Below are positions 7,588 to 13,806 of a stretch of 13,806 bases of DNA, piece after piece (positions within the stretch are counted from its first letter, which is position 1; every line of letters begins with the position of its first letter). The stretch lies in NCBI GenBank assembly GCA_027001995.1, contig JALTLO010000180.1, positions 1 through 13,806 on the forward strand, read 5' to 3'. The notes below the pieces were generated by a model, which did not search any database, was not told the origin of the DNA, and saw only the letters and a program-made list of their open reading frames with translations. This DNA comes from Planctomycetota bacterium. GTDB taxonomy: Bacteria > Planctomycetota > GCA-002687715 > DRQF01. The translations under genes were made by a program, and so were the position numbers.

Positions 7588-7774
7588 AAAATGATTTATG
7601 GCGTCTTGCGCCAGCCGTCGGCAGAATCCAAAGAAAACATGAGAAGATTCACAGTTGGGCTCTTATCTATTAGGATAAGTCCCTTGAGTGGACTAGCTTA
7701 GGAACCCCGCTTGGAATCAATTCAAGCCTTTTCGTTCGAGCGACCCCACATTTCTGCATGTTGTGAGATAGACG

Positions 7775-8452
7775 ATGCGTGCAAAGTCATACTTATTCAG
7801 TTTGTTGTCGGCATTGCTGCTGACCATTCTGCTTCCTCATTTCCAAGCATCCCAAGCCAACGTGAATACGTTGATGAGCCAGTCGTTGAACGACTATCGC
7901 ATCGAGGTTCGTCTCGACCATGTGCGTCAGGTTCTCATCTTGGACATGAAGAACGCTCCCTTCGGCGCACGCAATTTCATTGAAGTTCAAACGTTGACTG
8001 GCAACAATGGCAACCTCAACGTCTCATACATTCCAGTTTTCCCTGGAGAAGACGGCCATCTACGCGTTGAGCTTCCTTGCACATCGTCGCTCATAGATGC
8101 CGACATTCGTCTCACAGCTTTTGCTATCGACCCCGTGGGGCTTATTCACCAGAGCCACTACTGGTCTCTGCAACGTCGCCACCTCAATTTTCTGAGTGAC
8201 TCTCTGAGTCAAGGCCCAGAGATTGAAAGGGAGTTGGTTGAAGAGGCTTTCGCCTCAGTTGACGGTTTGAATCCGGCATCGGCCATGTCGATCCGGTACT
8301 ACAATACTGGCGTCTCTCATCTTTACGTCTCCGACAATGGTCTTGGTTTCGGCCAAACAGCCTTCAATTCATCTGGCACGCTCTACAGCGCTGAGCCCTC
8401 TTTGGGCATGAGGCTGTCCGCTGGTCCAGCAGGTGTCTTTACGGCTAACTAA
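7775..8452 (+). CDS. Hypothetical secreted protein (Sec signal peptide)
   Basis: MRAK, then hydrophobic LFSLLSALLLTILLP, then an ASQA cleavage-like site. The mature part looks beta-rich and I recognise no family. Confidence 0.7.
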   Translation: MRAKSYLFSLLSALLLTILLPHFQASQANVNTLMSQSLNDYRIEVRLDHVRQVLILDMKNAPFGARNFIEVQTLTGNNGNLNVSYIPVFPGEDGHLRVELPCTSSLIDADIRLTAFAIDPVGLIHQSHYWSLQRRHLNFLSDSLSQGPEIERELVEEAFASVDGLNPASAMSIRYYNTGVSHLYVSDNGLGFGQTAFNSSGTLYSAEPSLGMRLSAGPAGVFTAN

Positions 8453-8483
8453 GTTTGGCGGCCACGAGCCACCGGAGATTTTG

Positions 8484-9647
8484 ATGATTCACAACATTGA
8501 CCAACAGATGAATGCGCTGCTTTCAAGCGCCTCTGTTCCACGGGAGCGAAAGCGTCTCGTGTATCAGTTCGGAGAACTGCTACACAAGATTGACGCTGTC
8601 GCATCCAGTCAAGAGACCCCCTCGCGGACTCGGCAGAAAGCTGGCAAGTTCCTCATGATCTTGTCTGAGAAAGAAGCAGGCAACAGGGATGAATTCCTGG
8701 TGGAGTCCTTCCTTTTGAACTTCGTCGGTGAAGCTATGGTGCGGGCTCACTATTTGGCCAAGCCCGTCATCGAGTTCCTGCGAACGGGCCTGTATTTCTA
8801 TGGCATCGCTAACATCGAACGATTCCACGCACGGCAGTCTATGGGCTATATGACCGCCCATTCCGAGCTCCTCATGGACTACACGAGCCGCAAGGGATTG
8901 AAGGCCTTGGTTACAAGAGCCGAAGAGAAACTGGCTCAAGACAAACCGTTCTGCTTGGTGAACGACTATCTCAATGGGATGAAGAAGCACTACTGGGCGA
9001 ACTTACGGAAGAATACAGACGCTTGTGATTCGTCCATGAGCTTAGAAGCCGCTGCGGCTACCCAAGACTCAGCAGTCGAAGAGGTGGTGAGCCTGGCACC
9101 TGCAGGCACCGTTGATCGAGATGCGGAAGCTACCACCTTTGAGGACCGGGTTACGATCATGTTGCGAGTCTTTGTAGAAGAGCTTTCGGAGACGCAGCAG
9201 CGGGTCTATCTCATGCGGCACCCTTTCCCGAAAGGGTCAGGTAGCCGGGATACGCTCTTGAGTTTTGATGACCAATTGGCCGCTTTTCTGGATGAGTGCG
9301 ATGCTCAGCAAGGAAAAACTGCCAAATGGACGAGCATTGCAGCACGAGTTGATACCACGGAGAAGACGGCGAAGAAGGAATATCTGCGAGCACTTCATGG
9401 CCTTTTGGCTGGGGCTTGCGATTCTATCTTCCAAGGCAAGTCACCGTCTGGTTTGGTCAGGCGTATGCTCACTTTACTCAACAAGATTGTCCATGAACGA
9501 GACCTGCGAATTCGCGACAATGCTGGGCTTGGCCTGAGTAAAATTGTAGCCCGTTGGGAAGTCGCATTGCGTTTTGTTCTTAACAACGATCGGGTCAGTG
9601 CTAATCCCGATGAAGATGACCCTTTTGCCGCTGAGTCGAGCTTCTAA
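8484..9647 (+). CDS. Divergent sigma-70/ECF-like factor with N- and C-terminal extensions
   Basis: Region-2-like YLNGMKKHYWANLRK, an SMSLE linker, and region-4-like ELSETQQRVYLMRH...KWTSIAARVDTTEKTAKKEYLRALHGL. ATG 8484 has GGAG 6 nt upstream, which removes the overlap implied by the 8433 start. Confidence 0.65.
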   Translation: MIHNIDQQMNALLSSASVPRERKRLVYQFGELLHKIDAVASSQETPSRTRQKAGKFLMILSEKEAGNRDEFLVESFLLNFVGEAMVRAHYLAKPVIEFLRTGLYFYGIANIERFHARQSMGYMTAHSELLMDYTSRKGLKALVTRAEEKLAQDKPFCLVNDYLNGMKKHYWANLRKNTDACDSSMSLEAAAATQDSAVEEVVSLAPAGTVDRDAEATTFEDRVTIMLRVFVEELSETQQRVYLMRHPFPKGSGSRDTLLSFDDQLAAFLDECDAQQGKTAKWTSIAARVDTTEKTAKKEYLRALHGLLAGACDSIFQGKSPSGLVRRMLTLLNKIVHERDLRIRDNAGLGLSKIVARWEVALRFVLNNDRVSANPDEDDPFAAESSF

Positions 9648-9653
9648 AGAACC

Positions 9654-10580
9654 ATGTCGAGCGATTCCCCTTTTTCGATCGATGAGCACCTTGAGCGCTT
9701 TCAAAACGGTCAAGCTAGTCTTGATGCACAAGCAATTTCCGACTACATCAAGGCAAATCCCGACTGTCATGATCGGGTGGCTGAGTTCTTTCGTGTCATC
9801 GATGTTCCTGAGTCAGAGTATCTCCAAGAAACTCTCGATGAGCTGACAGAGAATATCTACAACCTTTGCAAAGCACTGGTGAATGAAAGTCCCGCCGACC
9901 AGCAACAAGATCATGAGAACATCCGTTTTCTTGAGCAGCCTGAAGCGGTGGAGCACTACATCGATGAAGGTGATGAAATCGTTGCGGACGTGCAAGACTA
10001 CACCGGCCACGATCAAGTGCGCGGTGCGAGCATGGATAACCTGCGGGACACCATGCAACGTTCCAAGAGCGAATTCGACTTGGTCATCAGCTTATTGCAG
10101 CGGGGAATCGACTTAGATGGCCGCTGGTCTGCAGATTGCCGCAATCTCAAAGGTATCCTGCATTTGTCGAAAGAGCAGACTGAAGAAGCTGAGGTCTGTT
10201 TTCGCGACGTGATTGCCATGCGTGGCGTCGACCTCTATCTTCGGACAGTTCAAGTTCATGCCATGAACAATCTTTCCTTCGTCTGCTGTGTGAAAAAGAG
10301 GATGGATGAAGCGGTCAAGCTCGCCGTACGCTCGAAAGTTTTGGCGGAAGAAACCAACATCGATACTTTCAGCAGCCAATTTGGACTGATGTATTTTTAC
10401 TTACTTCGGAACCAAGATGGTGATTTAGCCAACGCCGTTCAAGAGATCGTATCTATGCTAGAGAAGGATGATAGGCGTGATGAATTCGCCCGTTGCCTTC
10501 GTTTGCCTAGCAATAAAGAGATCTTGGATCTCTTTGAAAGCAATGGCCTCCACGAACAATTCCCTATTCTCGGCGACTGA
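9654..10580 (+). CDS. Soluble anti-sigma-domain-like / TPR protein
   Basis: The N-terminus LERFQNGQ...DYIKANPDCHDRVAEF resembles a zf-HC2/ASD with HxxxCxxC changed to YxxxNxxC. TPR-like helices ADCRNLKGILHLSKEQTEEAEVCFRDVI and HAMNNLSFVCCVKKRMDEAVKLA follow. No TM segment; starts 6 nt after the sigma-like stop. Confidence 0.6.
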   Translation: MSSDSPFSIDEHLERFQNGQASLDAQAISDYIKANPDCHDRVAEFFRVIDVPESEYLQETLDELTENIYNLCKALVNESPADQQQDHENIRFLEQPEAVEHYIDEGDEIVADVQDYTGHDQVRGASMDNLRDTMQRSKSEFDLVISLLQRGIDLDGRWSADCRNLKGILHLSKEQTEEAEVCFRDVIAMRGVDLYLRTVQVHAMNNLSFVCCVKKRMDEAVKLAVRSKVLAEETNIDTFSSQFGLMYFYLLRNQDGDLANAVQEIVSMLEKDDRRDEFARCLRLPSNKEILDLFESNGLHEQFPILGD

Positions 10581-10597
10581 CCCACCGGTTCTCAAAT

Positions 10598-10617
10598 GGG
10601 GTATACACCCCTTATTT
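10598..10617 (+). terminator. Possible weak intrinsic terminator (or palindromic operator) after the TPR gene
   Basis: GGGGT-ATAC-ACCCC stem-loop followed by TTATTT. Confidence 0.4.
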
Positions 10618-10669
10618 AAGGATTTACCGCATTTATGTGCCGTTTTGGTTAAAGATGGCGTCTATATCT

Positions 10670-10820
10670 GTGATGGCAAGCAGAGAGTGGCAAAGAAAAG
10701 GGTACGCCACCTTGTTCGATGTTGGCCGAGCAAAGTGGCAAATAACTCCTGGCAGCAATGCGGTGCTAAAAGGAGATAAGCACGAACGAAAGACGAGAGA
10801 CACCTCTCGTCTTTCTTCTT
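10670..10820 (+). ncRNA. Candidate structured small RNA (may alternatively or also encode a 30-aa basic peptide, 10687-10779)
   Basis: Hairpins at 10706-10739 and 10746-10775, then a 12-bp terminator stem. An ECF-like CGTCTA element lies at 10659-10664. Boundaries are approximate and there is no family match. Confidence 0.3.
10788..10820. terminator. Intrinsic terminator, probably bidirectional
   Basis: Perfect 12-bp stem GAAAGACGAGAG (10788-10799) / CTCTCGTCTTTC (10804-10815) with loop ACAC and TTCTT after it on the plus strand. It lies 3 nt beyond the stop of the minus-strand lipoprotein gene. Confidence 0.8.
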
Positions 10821-11733
10821 ATGGAGCTGAAGACTCAAAGTCCACTGACGTGTCCGAAGGCGTCAAAACGATTTCTCCAATCTCTTCACCATTTTTGCTT
10901 AAAGTCACGAAGACTTTCTCGGTTCTTGGCACTTGAATTATGCCTTGCAAATTGTCGGAGGAAATTTTCATCGACCAACTTGAGAAGGAGGTTGCTTTCG
11001 GATTCTTCCAAGACCAAGTGAGCCGCAATGGAGCATCGCTTATGATCTTGGTGAAATCGTAAGACACGTCCTTGCTGGAATACAATGCAAAGGCACTCTC
11101 GTTGGCATCGTTTTCTGATTCAGGAAACTGGTGTGGGCAATATTTCGAAGGGGCGAAGCCACTCTTGTAGATTGCAACCCAATACTCACCATGGTTCATA
11201 TTCCTAAATACGAAGCGGCCGTCCGGTTCGGCATATACATGAAGATTCGCCGATGAATAATTCATCAATGAGCCGAACAGTAACTCCACTCGAGCTCCAG
11301 CCATCGGAACTCCCGAGACATCGACGACTTGCCCGCTTAGGGTCCATTCTTCGGATTCCAGTTCAAGAATACCGTGAGTGTCTTCCCCGAGCTTGCGAAA
11401 CCAATTTTCAATCTCAGCGGGAAGAAAATCCTCGAAAACCCCTATGAGCCATATCCGGTCGGCTTCGTTTTCAACCCAAACTGACAGTGAATCTACTTGC
11501 TCACGGGGGAGGCTAACTTGGGCAAGGCCGTTCTCATTGATGCGAAATTTCTTTTCCTCCCTATTATCGTGATCAGTGCTCCTAAGATTGGATGCGACGA
11601 TGACGACGTTCTTCGGTTTGAAGTCGTCGGTGAACGTCATGGCAACTGTTTCCTCGTTCCACTTGAGGTTTGATTTGCAAGAAACGAAGGAGACCAGCAT
11701 CCCGGCTGTGACGAGGACAAGAACAAATTGCAT
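10819..11733 (-). CDS. Putative lipoprotein with carboxypeptidase-regulatory-like (transthyretin-like beta-sandwich) domain
   Basis: Hydrophobic N-terminus ending in FVSC (lipobox-like). TLSGQVVDVSGVPMAGARVEL...DGRFVFRNMNHGEYWVAIYKSGFAP is typical of CarboxypepD_reg-like domains. GGAG SD upstream. Confidence 0.75.
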   Translation of the reverse strand: MQFVLVLVTAGMLVSFVSCKSNLKWNEETVAMTFTDDFKPKNVVIVASNLRSTDHDNREEKKFRINENGLAQVSLPREQVDSLSVWVENEADRIWLIGVFEDFLPAEIENWFRKLGEDTHGILELESEEWTLSGQVVDVSGVPMAGARVELLFGSLMNYSSANLHVYAEPDGRFVFRNMNHGEYWVAIYKSGFAPSKYCPHQFPESENDANESAFALYSSKDVSYDFTKIISDAPLRLTWSWKNPKATSFSSWSMKISSDNLQGIIQVPRTEKVFVTLSKNGEEIGEIVLTPSDTSVDFESSAP

Positions 11734-11763
11734 TCAAAACTCCAAGAATCGTTCAGCACTTCT

Positions 11764-13806
11764 CTAATTGACGATGGAACGAGCGGGCCTTATTCCGATG
11801 GTGGCGTAGTTGAACCCTTGCCCAACCCCTTTGATATTGGCGATCTTGGCTGCATGAGAATTGCGATCGCATGACCCGCCGCGATAGATGCGAAGGACGT
11901 CAGGTCTCTTGCTCTTTGCTGCGGCTGTTGAAGACAGTTGGACGTGATTTAACTCATGAAGATCTTCATTCCACTCGCAAACGTTTCCTGTCATGTCGTG
12001 AAAACCGAAATCGTTGGCAAGGAAGCTACCAATGGGAGCATGAACATCGTAGGGGTCGTTCTTAGTGGCTTTGACATGGATGTTAGCATACTTGTCCAGT
12101 TCTCTTGAGGAGGACGTTCCGGCCCAAGTGTTCTTTGTGCCAGCGAGTGCTGCGAAAGTCCATTCCGAGGCCGTCGGGAGCCGCAAGTTGATGCGCCACA
12201 AGTACTCTTGAGCTGTGAGCCACGATATGTTCTCGACAGGATGAAGGTCGTTGATTTCTGGGAGGTTCGGCCCATTGTAGAGTCCTTGAGAATAACGGTT
12301 GGGAGTCACATGGGTCAGGCGTTTCCATTGGGCCAAAGTCATTTCGTACTTTGACAGAAAGAACGCAGGAAATGATTTGCCCTGATTTGCTGTCGGTTTT
12401 TTGGCTGGAGGCTCCGTCCTCCCGGGCACTAGGATGAAGATGATGCCGAGATCGCTGGTCAATTTCCATTGCCCGTTTTTGTCCCGTGATGGAAGCGGGG
12501 TTCCTGGCTCGTGTGACAACCAATGGAGGAATTCTTCGAAGCCAGATTTCGGATCTTTACCAAGAGGAATAAGTCCCAATTGTGGTTTGAGTCTTAGTGG
12601 TCTATAGGCGGGATCGTTTTCAATTCGTTTCTGGCAGGCCTTCCATTCTTCTTTGGGTTCCAAGAGAGTTTGCTCTTGGATGGTTTCAGCTCGCTTGATT
12701 CGCCGGGCAATGGATCTTATGGCACCTTGTTCGTGGTTTTCAAAATAGTCCAAGTCGATGAGATGTTGGGCCATGATGTCATGCTGAAAAAGGAGGTTCG
12801 GGCGACCAGGAAAGCGCCATTGTTTCCGCCCTCTCTTGACGAACACCGCAAGCTGAGTCTTTTTGATGCCGGGCTCCATTGTCCTGAGCGTTTGGATTTC
12901 TGAAGCGAAATCGGAATCATGCTCCTCTTGAGTGTAGGGAGCGGCTTGAGTCCGAATCCTTTTCAAGAACTCTTCATGCCCTGGCCGTCGACTCACGAGA
13001 GGGCCATATTTGTCTTGCCAAGCCCGAAGTTTTGGGAGTAGATCAGGTGAAGCGGGGAATAGCAATTTTTCTTCTGCAAGTGCCAGCTCCAAGCTTTTGG
13101 CATCAGCGACTCGACCATAGTCTTCGAGGGCTGCATTTCGTTGACTAAGAACGAAACGGGTCTCTTTCTCTTTGAAGAAGAAGACGAGTGCTGCGCTGGC
13201 TAAGATGGCAAGAATGATTGAACTTGAGATTGCCACTGCGCGATTGCGCTGCATCCATCGTATGGTCTTGATCCAAACGCCAGCGGGGCGGGCCTTCACT
13301 GGCTTGAGCTCCCTGATTCGCTGAAGGTCTTCAGCGAATTCGAGCGCTGTGTTAAATCTTCGGTCTCGGTCTTTGTCGATTGCCGTCAGAATGACAGCCG
13401 AAAGATCTTTGCTAATTCTTGGGTTGAGTGATCGGGGATTCGGAGGTTCCTTTTGAGAAATTGCTTGATAGAGCTCTTCGCGCGTTCTCCCTTGAAAAGG
13501 TCGTTGCAAGGTGCAAGCTTCGAATAGACTGACTCCCAAGGAATAGATGTCGGTTCTGCAGTCTAGGGTAATGCGATGGGCCAGGAGCTGTTCCGGAGAC
13601 ATGTATACCGGGGTGCCCATGAGGTCCCCAGACTGGGTCAGGGTGACATCTTGTGATTCATCGCTTTTGACCAAGCCAAAGTCCAATATACAAGCTTTGC
13701 CATTGTCTTTCCTAACCATTAAGTTTGCGGGTTTTACGTCTCGATGAACCAAGCCGGCTTCATGAGCTGCGTGCAGTGCCCGTGCGGCGCTTTCGAAGTA
13801 AGATAC
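11764..13806 (-). CDS. Ser/Thr protein kinase fused to a TM segment and a C-terminal FGE-sulfatase/SUMF1-like domain (5' end outside the window)
   Basis: The frame is open to the window edge (VSYFESAARALHAAHEAGLVHRDVKPAN). DFG, GTPVYMSPEQ and DIYSLG are intact. TM AVAISSSIILAILASAALVFFF. FGE-like FFLSKYEMT, PVENISW, LRLPTASEW, NDFGFHDMTGNVCEW, RGGS and GIRPAR. Confidence 0.93.
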   Translation of the reverse strand, partial: VSYFESAARALHAAHEAGLVHRDVKPANLMVRKDNGKACILDFGLVKSDESQDVTLTQSGDLMGTPVYMSPEQLLAHRITLDCRTDIYSLGVSLFEACTLQRPFQGRTREELYQAISQKEPPNPRSLNPRISKDLSAVILTAIDKDRDRRFNTALEFAEDLQRIRELKPVKARPAGVWIKTIRWMQRNRAVAISSSIILAILASAALVFFFKEKETRFVLSQRNAALEDYGRVADAKSLELALAEEKLLFPASPDLLPKLRAWQDKYGPLVSRRPGHEEFLKRIRTQAAPYTQEEHDSDFASEIQTLRTMEPGIKKTQLAVFVKRGRKQWRFPGRPNLLFQHDIMAQHLIDLDYFENHEQGAIRSIARRIKRAETIQEQTLLEPKEEWKACQKRIENDPAYRPLRLKPQLGLIPLGKDPKSGFEEFLHWLSHEPGTPLPSRDKNGQWKLTSDLGIIFILVPGRTEPPAKKPTANQGKSFPAFFLSKYEMTLAQWKRLTHVTPNRYSQGLYNGPNLPEINDLHPVENISWLTAQEYLWRINLRLPTASEWTFAALAGTKNTWAGTSSSRELDKYANIHVKATKNDPYDVHAPIGSFLANDFGFHDMTGNVCEWNEDLHELNHVQLSSTAAAKSKRPDVLRIYRGGSCDRNSHAAKIANIKGVGQGFNYATIGIRPARSIVN

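Noticed and set aside
10686..10750. Resemblance to the c-di-GMP-I riboswitch (GGCAAA...GAAA...GGG.ACGC) or tmRNA tag (GCAAATAAC)
   Set aside because: There is no P2 stem around GAAA, no downstream gene to regulate, and no tRNA-like tmRNA ends.
10674..10765. Repeated TGGCA as sigma-54 promoter or CRISPR-like repeats
   Set aside because: There is no correctly spaced TTGC -12 element. The repeats are 9 nt or shorter, with no regular spacers and no cas genes.
8484..10820. RNA-guided sigma system of the dCas12f/TnpB type
   Set aside because: Neither neighbouring protein shows RuvC-like or TnpB zinc-finger features that I can recognise.
10637..10936. 99-aa plus-strand ORF (and the full 10468-10779 ORF)
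   Set aside because: The first runs through the strong terminator into the antisense strand of the lipoprotein gene, and the second overlaps the TPR gene. Neither has recognisable motifs.
11764..12450. Active formylglycine-generating enzyme or DGR target
   Set aside because: The catalytic Cys pair is absent, and no reverse transcriptase or template repeat is visible in the window.

Overview
A gene-dense bacterial chromosomal window with no rRNA, tRNA, CRISPR array or mobile element that I can support. The kinase-FGE fusion, FHA-GAF-PP2C phosphatase and atypical ECF-like sigma factor suggest Planctomycetota, which is an inference. From left to right: the 3' part of a catalytically degenerate Ser/Thr kinase-like gene; mrp/apbC (Fe-S carrier); an FHA-GAF-SpoIIE phosphatase; a long PIMT-like methyltransferase resembling RiPP-associated enzymes, behind a structured leader; a D-cysteine desulfhydrase-family gene; a probably leaderless moaD-moaE-zinc-ribbon operon; a module of secreted protein, highly divergent sigma-70/ECF-like factor and soluble anti-sigma-like TPR protein, followed by a hairpin-rich, terminator-ended intergenic element (candidate sRNA or 30-aa peptide); a lipoprotein; and a 5'-truncated Ser/Thr kinase-FGE/SUMF1 fusion. 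The best candidate for an undescribed system is the 7775-10820 module. The orphan RiPP-type methyltransferase locus is second. All calls come from reading motifs by eye; no database searches were run.
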